Origin: a bacterium | GTDB lineage: Bacteria > Patescibacteriota > Minisyncoccia > Phycocordibacterales > UBA1550 | Length of the DNA stretch: 64,000 bases | NCBI GenBank assembly: GCA_030649835.1 | Contig: JAUSES010000035.1 | Coordinates: forward strand, 19,590-83,589 | Direction of reading: 5' to 3' | Shown here: positions 17,610-28,440 of the stretch, piece after piece | How positions within the stretch are numbered: position 1 is the first letter of the stretch | How the letters are laid out: each line of letters begins with the position of its first letter | The notes under the pieces: model-generated | What the model saw: only the letters and a program-made list of their open reading frames with translations | Told to the model about the DNA's origin: nothing | Databases searched by the model: none | Program-made: the position numbers and the translations under genes

Positions 17610-18423
17610 CATCACTATTATTAAACCCAAAAAAGTATTCAGCATGGAAGACCTCCGTGAAGTCTGGCGATACAAGGAGCTTCTTTATTTTTTCACATGG
17701 CGTGATTTCAAAGTACGCTACAAGCAAACTGCTATCGGTATACTCTGGGCCATTTTTCAGCCTTTTATGACTATGGTTGTTTTTAGTGTTTTTTTTGGAG
17801 GACTTCTCAAGGTGTCTTCTGATGGAGTTCCCTACCCTATTTTTGTTTACACAGGGCTCCTCTTCTGGCAATTCTTTTCAAGTGCCCTTTCGGAGACGAG
17901 TGGGGTACTTATTGCCAACCAGTCAATCATTACTAAGGTATACTTTCCTCGCCTCATTCTCCCTCTTTCATCTGTCGCAACAAAGTTTGTCGATTTTGCT
18001 ATCGCCTCTATTATCCTTGGAGGTATGATGTTCTACTATGGCATCACCCCGCACATTGCTAGCATCATTGTAATTCCCGTTCTCCTTGCAGTAACTTTTA
18101 TGGCGGCAGTTGGAGGAGGTCTCTTCCTTGCGGCAGTCAATGTAAAGTACCGAGACGTGCGGTTCATTCTCCCTTTCTTTATTCAGCTACTACTCTTTGT
18201 AACTCCAGTTATCTACCCTGCAAGTATTGCAGGTAAGTATTCGTGGCTTCTTGCTTTTAATCCCATGATGGGTGTCATTCAAAATGCACGTGCAGTACTG
18301 CTTGGTACTGCGTTGGTCAACTGGCTTCTTATCGGCATCTCTTTTGTTGCCTGCCTGGTGCTTCTTATCGTTGGTACAATTTATTTCAAAAAAGTTGAGC
18401 GCTATTTTGCAGACATTATTTAA
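17602..18423 (+). CDS. wzm: Polysaccharide ABC transporter permease
   Basis: [28 protein letters not shown]. Confidence 0.92.
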   Translation: MSNITIIKPKKVFSMEDLREVWRYKELLYFFTWRDFKVRYKQTAIGILWAIFQPFMTMVVFSVFFGGLLKVSSDGVPYPIFVYTGLLFWQFFSSALSETSGVLIANQSIITKVYFPRLILPLSSVATKFVDFAIASIILGGMMFYYGITPHIASIIVIPVLLAVTFMAAVGGGLFLAAVNVKYRDVRFILPFFIQLLLFVTPVIYPASIAGKYSWLLAFNPMMGVIQNARAVLLGTALVNWLLIGISFVACLVLLIVGTIYFKKVERYFADII

Positions 18424-18426
18424 AAT

Positions 18427-19683
18427 ATGAACAAGCCAATTATCGAAATAAAGAATATAGGAAAAAAATACAACATAACCCATCAGAAAGGTGGCTATGT
18501 TGCTTTACGTGATGTACTTGCAGGGATTCTTAAAAACCCATTCAAATTTGCAAAAAACAAGGCAAAGCAGATTGTGAACACAAAAACAAAAGAAGAATTC
18601 TGGGCATTGCGAGGTATCGATGTAGAAATTCACAAGGGGGATATTGTTGGTATTATTGGTCATAATGGTGCGGGTAAATCCACTCTTCTTAAAATTCTCA
18701 CTGGAATAACACCACCAACTGAAGGAGAGATCATTATGCGTGGGCGTGTTGCTTCCCTTCTTGAAGTCGGAACGGGCTTTCACCCTGAGCTCACGGGTCG
18801 AGAGAACATATTTTTGAACGGCGCTATACTTGGTATGACTAAAAAGGAGATTGTAAAAAAGTTTGATGAAATTGTTGCTTTTTCCGGGGTTGAGCAGTTT
18901 CTCGACACGCCGGTAAAGTATTATTCAAGTGGCATGTACGTGCGTCTCGCTTTTTCTGTCGCGGCCCACATGGAGCCCGACATTCTTCTTGTCGATGAAG
19001 TGCTTGCAGTAGGAGATGCTGAATTTCAAAAAAAGTGCCTTGGCAAAATGGAGGAGGTTACCAAGAGCGAGGGCAGAACAATTTTGTTTGTGAGCCACAA
19101 CATGTCGGCTATACAGCAATTGTGCTCCAAAACAATCCTTATTGAAAAGGGAAAGGTAAAAATGTTTGGGGAAACCAGAGAAGTAATCACTATGTACCTT
19201 GAGGCGCTTAGTAAGAACATGATTATTCCTCTAACTAACAGAAAGGACCGTACTGGGAGCGGTCACATTACATTTGAGGAAATTAAAATCAAAGGTATCG
19301 CAGGCTCAAATACTTATGGGATTGGTGACGATATCTATGTTCATTTTAAAATAAAAAATTCATACCCCCATGATGCTACTGTTAAATTAGCACTTAATAT
19401 TCGCACAACCTCAACAGAAGAACTTATTTCTTGCGACTCTTCTTTAAATGGGGAATCGTACGTCTTGCCAGCCTCATCAACAAAAAATGTGGTTTGTAAA
19501 ATCTACTCCCCCCCTCTTAATATTGGGAATTATTATCTGAACATAGGAATTCTTCACGATGATCAATTTGAGGATCGAATCCAATCTGTTGCTGAGTTTT
19601 CAATAAGCACAGGAACGTTTGATAATCGAGTCGGAACAAACTCATTCCCTGTTTTAGCCAAATTTAATTGGGAAATCGAATAA
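18427..19683 (+). CDS. wzt: Polysaccharide ABC transporter ATPase with C-terminal Wzt_C domain
   Basis: GHNGAGKST, YSSGMYVRLAF, DEVLAVGD; beta-rich C-terminal extension. Confidence 0.93.
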   Translation: MNKPIIEIKNIGKKYNITHQKGGYVALRDVLAGILKNPFKFAKNKAKQIVNTKTKEEFWALRGIDVEIHKGDIVGIIGHNGAGKSTLLKILTGITPPTEGEIIMRGRVASLLEVGTGFHPELTGRENIFLNGAILGMTKKEIVKKFDEIVAFSGVEQFLDTPVKYYSSGMYVRLAFSVAAHMEPDILLVDEVLAVGDAEFQKKCLGKMEEVTKSEGRTILFVSHNMSAIQQLCSKTILIEKGKVKMFGETREVITMYLEALSKNMIIPLTNRKDRTGSGHITFEEIKIKGIAGSNTYGIGDDIYVHFKIKNSYPHDATVKLALNIRTTSTEELISCDSSLNGESYVLPASSTKNVVCKIYSPPLNIGNYYLNIGILHDDQFEDRIQSVAEFSISTGTFDNRVGTNSFPVLAKFNWEIE

Positions 19684-19695
19684 ACTACCAAAAAC

Positions 19696-20523
19696 ATGTC
19701 CATCAAAAAATACATAAAAAGACTATCCTCAACAATAAGTAACTTTAGGAAGAATGCTAACAAACAACCTCTACAACCTAACGAGGTTGCCTTGAGAGAC
19801 CTCGGTAACACTAAAAAAAAGGAAGAAATTTATATCTGGATAAAGGAAGGGATTGAATATTTTAGAGAATGGTACCAGCCTGTAAACTTTGGCAATGGAG
19901 TAATAGCCCATGTAACAACACCCCCCAACTGGGAACCTAGGCCGGAACTCCTGAACACGAACGACCGAGGTCTCGGTAAATGGGAATACATTATTAAAAA
20001 GCATATACCAGAACTTGCCGGGAAGAGAGTTCTTGATATCGGTTGCAGTAGTGGTGTATTTTCTCTTGAGATGGCTCGTATGGGAGCAAAAGAGGTAGTC
20101 GGAATAGATCGCGATGTTTACATCAAACACAGGTCATCAGATACCCCACCCCCACAAAACGTGATTGCACAAGCCAATTTTGTAAAAAAAGCATCTGAAC
20201 TTTTGGATGAGGTTACTTACCCAATAACATACATCGCACATGATATTGGGAAACTAGAGGATCTAAACTTAAAAACGTTTGACCTAATTCTTGCCTTAAA
20301 TATTGTGTATCACGAACTTGATAACATGGACCATCTTGTTTCGTATCTGTCCACACTTACAGATCATCTTATACTGCAAACAAGCCTAGGTCATGGTGGA
20401 GCACTTGGCAGGAAAGCTTCTGTAAAAGAACAAGTTGACGCACTGCTAAAATCAGGGTTTACTAAAATAGAAGTTGATGCTCCCCTGGGGTACTTGTCGC
20501 CAATGATTATTGGTAAAAAATAG
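19696..20523 (+). CDS. Class I SAM-dependent methyltransferase (DUF1698/CmoB-like)
   Basis: LAGKRVLDIGCSSGVFS..GID; FDLILALNIVYH. Confidence 0.8.
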   Translation: MSIKKYIKRLSSTISNFRKNANKQPLQPNEVALRDLGNTKKKEEIYIWIKEGIEYFREWYQPVNFGNGVIAHVTTPPNWEPRPELLNTNDRGLGKWEYIIKKHIPELAGKRVLDIGCSSGVFSLEMARMGAKEVVGIDRDVYIKHRSSDTPPPQNVIAQANFVKKASELLDEVTYPITYIAHDIGKLEDLNLKTFDLILALNIVYHELDNMDHLVSYLSTLTDHLILQTSLGHGGALGRKASVKEQVDALLKSGFTKIEVDAPLGYLSPMIIGKK

Positions 20524-20527
20524 AACA

Positions 20528-21109
20528 ATGATTCATTGTAAACTTTACCTAAAGAAATTACTTCTCTGGACCAAAAGATTGCTTAACGAGGCAACTCTTT
20601 TTAGTCCTTCAAATATTGCATGGAGAAGGAAGTTTAACTATGTAAGAGAGCCTAAAATTATAGACATCTCGTGGCAAAAAGTATACACTACTGGTGTTAT
20701 CGTTGTCCCAATTGATGAGGTCTACGGTAGAATTAGGACGCTAGAAGGTCTTAAGATAACACCAATTAAAAATACTCCACATTATCAGTGGATTAATGAC
20801 ATCATCAATGGCGCAGATGACTCCGTGTCACGCGCTACATACTATGATTATTCAAAGAAATTTTTTCCAGAAGAAGACGCCGGCAATCAACTGAATATAA
20901 TAGTAGAAATGGCGAAATCGTTTAAAAAACAAGGGGGTATTGAAAATACGGACATAGTAACTTTCCTGCCTGTGCTCAATGAAAACTCGACTTACTTTGT
21001 TGTGCTATATGACGGGACACACAGACTTTCAATAGCAACGGCACTTGGCTATAAATTCATTAAATGCCATGTCGTACAAGAAAAAATTAACATTCATGAT
21101 TTTATCTAG
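20528..21109 (+). CDS. Hypothetical protein with a ParB/Srx-like DGxHR motif
   Basis: VLYDGTHRLSIATALG near the C-terminus. Confidence 0.55.
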   Translation: MIHCKLYLKKLLLWTKRLLNEATLFSPSNIAWRRKFNYVREPKIIDISWQKVYTTGVIVVPIDEVYGRIRTLEGLKITPIKNTPHYQWINDIINGADDSVSRATYYDYSKKFFPEEDAGNQLNIIVEMAKSFKKQGGIENTDIVTFLPVLNENSTYFVVLYDGTHRLSIATALGYKFIKCHVVQEKINIHDFI

Positions 21110-21136
21110 AAAGTATTAAGAATAATTAACACAAAT

Positions 21137-22627
21137 ATGTCAAATGTTTTTATAGGGATGGCTGCATATAACGCTGAAAAACACATTGGTAAGGCAATTG
21201 ATTCCTTACTAAATCAATCATATCTAAATTTTAAACTTTTTATCTCTGATGATGCCTCAACTGATACTACCAGTCAGATTTGCCTTGACTACGCAAAGAA
21301 AGACGCGAGGGTCATATATTATCGCCAGAAACAAAATCTAGGGATGCTACCTAACCTTAAATTTGTGCTTGATAAAGCAGACGAAGTTTTTTTTACGTGG
21401 GTAGATGCTGACGACATCCGTGAAAAAGATTTCTTGAAGGTATGTGTCGCAGCATTAATAAAAAAAAATGTTGACGCAGCAATCACCGTAATAGCAGATA
21501 TAGATTCGTATGACAGAAACCTGCGAGAACCAACTAATATTACAGACTTTTCAGGAAAACCAAGTTCCCGACAAGTAGCAAAATATGTTCTTCAGCCTGA
21601 AGTATTCGGTAAAAGCAATCTCATGTACAGCGTTTTTAAAACTGAGATAGTAAAAAGAATCTGGGAACTTGCTCCTCAGAGAAATGAATGGGGCTCTGAC
21701 TACCACTTTGGATTAGCTCTCGTTAGTCACTATAGCGTTTATGTAGACAAAAGAATACTTATAAAAAAGAGGACGGGCGGCATTTCAAGCATAGACGCCA
21801 CAAAAAACGATGTTCCAGAGAATGTTATAAGAATTAAACTCAAAAACCCCAAAAATCATATGTTCCCACTTATACGCTTCAAACAATACTTTATCGGACA
21901 AATGAGCTCTCTTCGAGGAACACCGTACGGGCCATTGGTTGCATTTTTGCTTTTTACTCGCCTCCCTCGAGCTATTTTTATCTATATGAAAGAACGAAAC
22001 TATACAAAATTTTTTATGAAATTAATTAAATTTTTTCTTAAAACTACCTTTATTCTCCCTGTCCTACATAAAATAAAATTTATAAGGATGCAAAGCAACA
22101 ACGAGAAACGTCACGGAGAAAAACAGGATGTTTTACTTTACTATAAAAACAAATATTCACTGGATACACTCATTGAGACAGGAACGTACCAAGGGGACAT
22201 GGTGGCTGCGATGGCTAAACATTTTAATTCAATATACTCGACAGAACTTAGTGTTCCTTTGTATGAAAGAGCAAAGAACAGATTCAGAAATAACAATAAA
22301 ATTCATTTGTTTCAAGGTGACAGCAGTGATGTTCTACCCGTGATCGTCAAGAGCATCAGAAAGCCATGTTTATTTTGGCTTGATGCCCACTATTCTCGAG
22401 GAGAGACAGCCTGCGGCTCAATTGAAACACCCATAATGAGGGAACTTCAGGAAATATTAAGACACTCTGTGAAAAACCACATTATACTCATCGATGATGC
22501 TCGTTGCTTTAATGGAACCCAGGACTACCCAACAATTGAAGAGGTTAAAAAACTACTAGAAGAAACCAATCATGGATATATTCTAGCCGTAGAAAGTGAT
22601 ATTATAAGAATCTATCCCCGTGCATAG
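21137..22627 (+). CDS. GT2 glycosyltransferase fused to a methyltransferase-like domain
   Basis: N-terminal YNAEK..SDDASTD..DADD; C-terminal IETGTYQG, QGDSS, FWLDAHYS, ILIDDAR. Confidence 0.8.
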   Translation: MSNVFIGMAAYNAEKHIGKAIDSLLNQSYLNFKLFISDDASTDTTSQICLDYAKKDARVIYYRQKQNLGMLPNLKFVLDKADEVFFTWVDADDIREKDFLKVCVAALIKKNVDAAITVIADIDSYDRNLREPTNITDFSGKPSSRQVAKYVLQPEVFGKSNLMYSVFKTEIVKRIWELAPQRNEWGSDYHFGLALVSHYSVYVDKRILIKKRTGGISSIDATKNDVPENVIRIKLKNPKNHMFPLIRFKQYFIGQMSSLRGTPYGPLVAFLLFTRLPRAIFIYMKERNYTKFFMKLIKFFLKTTFILPVLHKIKFIRMQSNNEKRHGEKQDVLLYYKNKYSLDTLIETGTYQGDMVAAMAKHFNSIYSTELSVPLYERAKNRFRNNNKIHLFQGDSSDVLPVIVKSIRKPCLFWLDAHYSRGETACGSIETPIMRELQEILRHSVKNHIILIDDARCFNGTQDYPTIEEVKKLLEETNHGYILAVESDIIRIYPRA

Positions 22628-22639
22628 ATTTCATGGAAC

Positions 22640-23578
22640 ATGAATTTACTATTAAAAAACAAAACAATGCAATCTTCATCAATTCTCATAACAGGCGGGC
22701 TTGGCTTTATTTTCTCTCACGTAACTGAATATTTTACTGCTAAAGGCTGGCGAGTTATTGTTATAGACAACTTATCAAGAGGAAGTCAACCACAAATTGT
22801 CAATGGCACATTTAAGCACTACAACTTAGATGTATCTGATGAAGCTGTGATGGACGTCATCAAGAGCGAAAATCCTGAATTTGTTGTTCACGCAGCAGCT
22901 ATCAGTGATGTTGACTATTCAATCAAAAACCCACATGAAACTTTAAAAAAGAACATCTTGGCAAATATTAATGTTTTTGAGGCTTGCAGGAGTCTTCCAA
23001 ATCTTAAAAAACTTATCTACGTGTCTACTGATGAGGTGTACGGCGAGTGTGAACACAGGAAGAGTGAGGAAGAAATTATCTTTCCTAAAAACCCATACTC
23101 GTGCTCGAAAGCAGCAGGCTCACTACTTCGTATCGCATACGATAACACTTACACAAGTTTAATGAACAAAACTGCTGAAACTAGGTTTTGTAATGTTTTT
23201 GGCCCACGCCAAGATAGTGCAAAGATCATGTCAGCAATCAAAAGAAGCATCAATGGTGAATACTCAATCCCACTTCACGGTGAAGGCGGTGGGTACAGAG
23301 AGTACACATACGTCAGAAATATAGCCCCAGCAATAGAACTCATCCTAGAGAGTGGTAATAGAACATACAATCTGACATCAAATGACGGCTTTACAGTTAA
23401 AGATCTTATTCAAAAAGTCGAGGAAGTTACAGGCAAAAAAATAATAACTCATCCTGGCGATCGACCAGGAATGGACATGAAGTATCAAATGGATGCAACA
23501 CGAATAAGGGAACTAGGATGGAAACCGCTGTACACATTTGAGGAAGGATTAAAAGAATATTTTTCAACAGAAGAGTAG
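22640..23578 (+). CDS. NAD-dependent epimerase/dehydratase (dTDP-glucose 4,6-dehydratase-like)
   Basis: ITGGLGFI, VSTDEVYG, PYSCSK, DRPGMDMKY. Confidence 0.85.
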   Translation: MNLLLKNKTMQSSSILITGGLGFIFSHVTEYFTAKGWRVIVIDNLSRGSQPQIVNGTFKHYNLDVSDEAVMDVIKSENPEFVVHAAAISDVDYSIKNPHETLKKNILANINVFEACRSLPNLKKLIYVSTDEVYGECEHRKSEEEIIFPKNPYSCSKAAGSLLRIAYDNTYTSLMNKTAETRFCNVFGPRQDSAKIMSAIKRSINGEYSIPLHGEGGGYREYTYVRNIAPAIELILESGNRTYNLTSNDGFTVKDLIQKVEEVTGKKIITHPGDRPGMDMKYQMDATRIRELGWKPLYTFEEGLKEYFSTEE

Positions 23579-23583
23579 GAATT

Positions 23584-24105
23584 ATGCTTACTAACCAAGA
23601 AAATTTTGAGCTTATTCGACTTCTTAATAAAATAGAGTGGCCTGTTCGTTCAGATCTATTTGATGCATTTTGTGGTAATATGTTGACTAGCCCAGTTGAC
23701 CTCGCTCTTTTGAAAAAAAGTGCTGCCGGGTTTGAAATATTCCTAATCTACCGAAAAGATAAATTTTTTGATGGTTGGCATGTCCCTGGAAGCGTGATGT
23801 TGCCGGGCAGGACAGTTTTGACAGTACTGAAGGATGTAATGGAACGAGAAATTAATATTCATGAAAAAAATTTTGATTTTAAGTTTATTGGATTTCATCA
23901 ATTCATGAAGGGTCATGAATTTGGACAATGCTCTCGAGGACAAGAAACTGAACTTCTGTACGTACTTTTTTTAGAAGAAAGTACCAAAATTAGAACAGAC
24001 AATGAGAGGAAATTTTTTTCAATAGAAAAACTTCCTGATGATATTTTATCTCATCACCAGATACTCATCTCAAGTATCAAAAATTACCTTAATCATGTTG
24101 ACTAA
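23584..24105 (+). CDS. NUDIX-fold protein
   Basis: FLIYRKD..WHVPGS..MEREIN degenerate Nudix box. Confidence 0.55.
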   Translation: MLTNQENFELIRLLNKIEWPVRSDLFDAFCGNMLTSPVDLALLKKSAAGFEIFLIYRKDKFFDGWHVPGSVMLPGRTVLTVLKDVMEREINIHEKNFDFKFIGFHQFMKGHEFGQCSRGQETELLYVLFLEESTKIRTDNERKFFSIEKLPDDILSHHQILISSIKNYLNHVD

Positions 24106-24125
24106 CAAGTAAAGAAATAACATTT

Positions 24126-25175
24126 ATGCGAACAATAAAATTATTTAAACCATTTGTAAGCTGGCACGCAGTGTGGAATACTGTAAAAGTTCTTCGCAGT
24201 GGACAGCTTGCTGAAGGTCCAAAAGTAAGAGAATTTGAGGAAAAGTTTGAACAACGATTCAACACCAGAAATGTTCTAACTGTAAATTCTGGCACAGCAG
24301 CTCTTGAACTCGCTTATGAACTTGCTGGGATAGGTAAAAATGACGAAGTAATTACGCCAGTGCTTACATGTACCGCCACAAATCTCCCCTTAATACACAG
24401 GGGGGCCTCAATAGTGTTTGCGGATATTGATCGCGATTTAAACATTAGTATTGAGGATGTTAGAAGAAAGATTACGGCTCGAACTAAGGCAATTGTTTTC
24501 GTACATTTTGGAGGGAATAATCGTGGACTGCAAGAATTACTTGATATTGCTCGTGAAAAAAATATTATTCTCATCGAAGATGCTGCTCAAGCTATCGCAT
24601 CAAATTTCTGGGGCAAAGCCGATTTCACCTGCTTGTCATTTCAAGCCATTAAAACTCTCACGTGTGGGGATGGAGGGGGGCTAATCTGTAAAGACCGCAC
24701 TCTTTACGAAAAGGGAAAGAGGCTACGATGGTTTGGCTACGATAGAGAAAAAAAGCAAAAGCTTGGCGACACAGACCTCATTGAAGCTGGTTATAAATAT
24801 CACATGAACGACGTAAGTGCAACAATTGGCCTTGGGAACCTCAGGGTATTTGACAGAATACTCGCTCATCACCAAAAGCTCATAAAAGAGTACGGGAAAG
24901 GTGGCATTATTGCGCACCCGTGGTTTGCACTAGTTCTCGTTGACAATCGAGACTCTTTGAAAAAATACTTATTTGAGCACGGCATAGACTCAGGTACACA
25001 CCATTATCGTAATGACAAATACACAATTTTTGGCGGGCGGAAACCATTTACTGTTATGGATGAATTGGAGAATAAATACCTACTTCTTCCTCTACATATG
25101 GGAGTAACTACCAAAGACGTGAGAAAAATTTGCGAATTAGTACACAACTTCAATGAAATACAAAAATCCAATTGA
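24126..25175 (+). CDS. DegT/DnrJ/EryC1/StrS PLP-dependent sugar aminotransferase
   Basis: NSGTAAL, IEDAAQA, SFQAIKTLTCGDGG. Confidence 0.92.
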   Translation: MRTIKLFKPFVSWHAVWNTVKVLRSGQLAEGPKVREFEEKFEQRFNTRNVLTVNSGTAALELAYELAGIGKNDEVITPVLTCTATNLPLIHRGASIVFADIDRDLNISIEDVRRKITARTKAIVFVHFGGNNRGLQELLDIAREKNIILIEDAAQAIASNFWGKADFTCLSFQAIKTLTCGDGGGLICKDRTLYEKGKRLRWFGYDREKKQKLGDTDLIEAGYKYHMNDVSATIGLGNLRVFDRILAHHQKLIKEYGKGGIIAHPWFALVLVDNRDSLKKYLFEHGIDSGTHHYRNDKYTIFGGRKPFTVMDELENKYLLLPLHMGVTTKDVRKICELVHNFNEIQKSN

Positions 25176-25716
25176 AATAGAATCCTCGTATATTGAAAAT
25201 GACCTAGGGAGAACTCTCTATGATTTAGTATTAAAGTATAAGCCCAAAAAGATCGTTGAATTTGGTATTCTTTACGGCTACTCAACTGTTGCCATGGCTA
25301 TGGCGCTTGATGAAATTGGGGATGGGCATATTTATGCAAATGACCTCTTTGAAGATTACGCATTTAAGCACTCGACAACTCAGGAGGTTCAAGAGAACAT
25401 TAATCGTTACGGACTCGAAAAATACGTTACCCTTGGCAAGAAAAATTTTGATGAATGGTTAAAACAGCCTGAAGATTTTGATTTTCTACACGTAGATGTA
25501 TCAAATAAGGGCGACACAGTCGAGCGCCTATATGATGCAGTTAAAAACCAAGTTGCTCGGGGGGCAATAGTTGTTTTTGAGGGAGGATCGGACGAACGTG
25601 ATAATGTAGAATGGATGATTAGATACAATAGTAAAAAGATTCGCAGCACTAATATTCCCTTTGAAGTGATTGATCCGAGGTTCCCCTCTTTATCACAAAT
25701 CACATGCAAAAAATAG
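25153..25716 (+). CDS. Class I SAM-dependent methyltransferase (Methyltransf_24-like)
   Basis: KPKKIVEFGILYGYST; FDFLHVD. Confidence 0.75.
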   Translation: MKYKNPIEIESSYIENDLGRTLYDLVLKYKPKKIVEFGILYGYSTVAMAMALDEIGDGHIYANDLFEDYAFKHSTTQEVQENINRYGLEKYVTLGKKNFDEWLKQPEDFDFLHVDVSNKGDTVERLYDAVKNQVARGAIVVFEGGSDERDNVEWMIRYNSKKIRSTNIPFEVIDPRFPSLSQITCKK

Positions 25717-25759
25717 ACTTTGTCACGAAGTACATTCACGTTATCATGACACAAAATTT

Positions 25760-26638
25760 ATGATTATCGTAAAACTACAAGGTGGTCTTGGCAATCAAAT
25801 GTTTCAATATGCTCTCGGAAGGCATCTTTCCGTTATAAATAATGTGTCACTTAAACTCGACACTTCGGCCATTGATGAGGCCAATTCTGGTATAACCAAA
25901 AGAAAGTACGGCATTTCTGTGTTTAAGATAAAAGAGTCATTTGCGACAAAAAAAGAGATCGCCTGGTTCAAAAAATATCATTTTAAAAATGGTAAAATTT
26001 GGTTTTGGTATAATCGTATATTTGCGAACAGGGCTCGCTATGCGTGGGAAACTCGTTTTAATTTTGATCCGTGGATTATGGAATTAAAAGACCCATTTTA
26101 TCTTGATGGCTATTGGCAGACTGAAAAATATTTCAAGAACATTGAGGATATTATTCGCAAGGAATATACACTAAGGAACCCTCTCGGAGTAAAATCGAAT
26201 GAGCTCCTTTCTGAAATTTCTAAAACAGAGTCTGTTTCTCTTCACGTTAGACGCGGAGACTACGTTTCTGATCAAAAGACTAATGATTGGCTCGGCGTTT
26301 GCTCTGTTGAGTACTACAATAAGGCAATAGAAACAATATCTGCTCGTGTAAAAAATCCTCATTTTTTCGTTTTTTCTGATGACCCTGTCTGGGCAAAAGA
26401 GAATATTACGCCCTCTTTTGCAACTACGTATGCATCAGATAACCATAATCATCCTGAGGAAGATATGTTTCTTATGAGTAAGTGTAAGCATAATATTATT
26501 GCAAATAGCTCCTTCTCCTGGTGGGGCGCGTGGCTCAACATAAATCCAGAGAAAATTGTTATAGCGCCACGACAGTGGTACAAAACTCAAAAAATGGATA
26601 CTCGTGATATAATTCCAGATACCTGGGTAAAAATATAA
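25760..26638 (+). CDS. Alpha-1,2-fucosyltransferase (GT11)
   Basis: GGLGNQMFQYA, GYWQ, HVRRGDY, FSDD, NSSFSWW. Confidence 0.93.
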   Translation: MIIVKLQGGLGNQMFQYALGRHLSVINNVSLKLDTSAIDEANSGITKRKYGISVFKIKESFATKKEIAWFKKYHFKNGKIWFWYNRIFANRARYAWETRFNFDPWIMELKDPFYLDGYWQTEKYFKNIEDIIRKEYTLRNPLGVKSNELLSEISKTESVSLHVRRGDYVSDQKTNDWLGVCSVEYYNKAIETISARVKNPHFFVFSDDPVWAKENITPSFATTYASDNHNHPEEDMFLMSKCKHNIIANSSFSWWGAWLNINPEKIVIAPRQWYKTQKMDTRDIIPDTWVKI

Positions 26639-26646
26639 TCATATCT

Positions 26647-28440
26647 ATGTGTGGAATTGTTACCATTGTAAAAAATACTGAAACTCAAGAGTTGCCTGAT
26701 ATAGACGCAATGCTTGTTTCTCTGTACAAGAGAGGTCCTGACGACCATGGCATACTTTCGTTCCCCCTCTGTACGCTTGGGCAAACTCGCTTGTCAATTA
26801 TTGATCTTTCAGGAGGTCACCAGCCGATGCGCGACAACATGCGCGATATGGCAATCACCTTCAATGGAGAAATCTATAATTATAAAGACTTGCGAAGCGA
26901 GCTTGAAGCAAAAGGGTATGTATTCACAACTAACTCTGATACAGAAGTTATTTTGAAGGCATATCAAGAATATGGTGAAGAGTGCCCAAAATACCTTGAT
27001 GGGATGTTTGCTTTTGTAATTTGGGACAATAAAGAGAAAAGACTCTTTATGGCACGAGATCATTTTGGAAAAAAACCTCTTTACTACGCGTTTGATGATG
27101 ATAAAAACTTACTAATTGCCTCAGAAATTAAAGCTCTTTTCGCCTCTGCAAAAATTATGGGCACGATTGATCACCATACAATCGATAACTATCTAGCCCT
27201 AATGTATGTCCCCCCGCACAAGACTATTTATAAAAATATTTTTGTCATTGAACCAGCTGAGCTCGCTACATATAAAGGTGGTGTATTAAGGAAGGAGAAA
27301 TATTGGCAACTTGAGTACACACCAATCAATATTTCTTATGCTGAAGCAAGAGAAAAAGTCAGAGAGCTTCTCACTAGATCTGTAGAAAGAAGAATGATTG
27401 CGGACGTAGAAATAGGCGCGTTTCTTTCTGGTGGCGTTGATTCTACCCTTGTCACGTCGATAGCACAATCTTTTTTGCATTCACCAATAAAAACATTTGC
27501 GGTAGGCTATCAAGATTATGTCAGTGAGCTTCTCTTTGCCTTGGAGGCATCAAATAAAATTGAAACTGATCACCAAACTCTTCAAGCAAAAGACGATATG
27601 GTTGAAGAACTTCAAAGTGTTATGGAGTATTTTGACGAACCACATGCTGACTCCTCTGATTTTCCACAACATTTGATTTCAAAGTTTGCGGCGAGCAAAG
27701 TAAAAGTTGCACTGTCTGGGGACGGTGCTGATGAGCTTTTCTTTGGCTACGGATGGTATACGAAACATATGAACCTATCCTATCGGGCCCATTTGTTCGA
27801 TAAATTGTTTCTTAACCCATACCAAATATATATTAAAAATATTTCAGTCTTTAGTACCGCGGAACGAAGAAAACTGTGGGGCAAAAACAAGGATTATGTT
27901 AGTGATTTCGTTCGTCCTGATATTAAAACAAGCAAACTTGACCCTATTACAAAAATAAACTTCTTTGACCTCACGACCTATCTTCCTGGGCAACTTCTTA
28001 CAAAAATAGACAGAATGGGTATGATGAACTCACTTGAGGTGCGCTCCCCTTTTCTTGACCAACATCTCGCAGAATTCGTTTACAGCCTTCCACAGAAATA
28101 TAAAACAGGAAAATATGAGGGCAAGAAAATTTTAAAAGACTTACTTGAAGAGACAATGCCGCCAGAGTTTGTAAATCGAAGAAAACAAGGTTTTGGAGCA
28201 CCTGTTACTATTTGGTTGAAGAAACCTGCGTTCAAGAAACTTGTAGAGAAAGTCTTTTTGTTTCAAGAGTCCCACGTATACCAATTTCTAGATAAGCGTG
28301 AGGTAAATAGAATCATTAACAGCTTCTACGTAACTGGCGATGATTCGTATTTTTATAAAATATGGGTTCTTTTATGCCTTGAGCTTTGGTTTGATTCACA
28401 CAAAAAATACCACAGAGACACTAGAGCTCCTCGGCAATAA
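26647..28440 (+). CDS. asnB: Asparagine synthase-family glutamine amidotransferase (likely glycan amidation)
   Basis: MCGI, RGPD, RLSIID, FNGEIYN, LSGGVDS, SGDGADE, EVRSPFLD. Confidence 0.93.
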   Translation: MCGIVTIVKNTETQELPDIDAMLVSLYKRGPDDHGILSFPLCTLGQTRLSIIDLSGGHQPMRDNMRDMAITFNGEIYNYKDLRSELEAKGYVFTTNSDTEVILKAYQEYGEECPKYLDGMFAFVIWDNKEKRLFMARDHFGKKPLYYAFDDDKNLLIASEIKALFASAKIMGTIDHHTIDNYLALMYVPPHKTIYKNIFVIEPAELATYKGGVLRKEKYWQLEYTPINISYAEAREKVRELLTRSVERRMIADVEIGAFLSGGVDSTLVTSIAQSFLHSPIKTFAVGYQDYVSELLFALEASNKIETDHQTLQAKDDMVEELQSVMEYFDEPHADSSDFPQHLISKFAASKVKVALSGDGADELFFGYGWYTKHMNLSYRAHLFDKLFLNPYQIYIKNISVFSTAERRKLWGKNKDYVSDFVRPDIKTSKLDPITKINFFDLTTYLPGQLLTKIDRMGMMNSLEVRSPFLDQHLAEFVYSLPQKYKTGKYEGKKILKDLLEETMPPEFVNRRKQGFGAPVTIWLKKPAFKKLVEKVFLFQESHVYQFLDKREVNRIINSFYVTGDDSYFYKIWVLLCLELWFDSHKKYHRDTRAPRQ

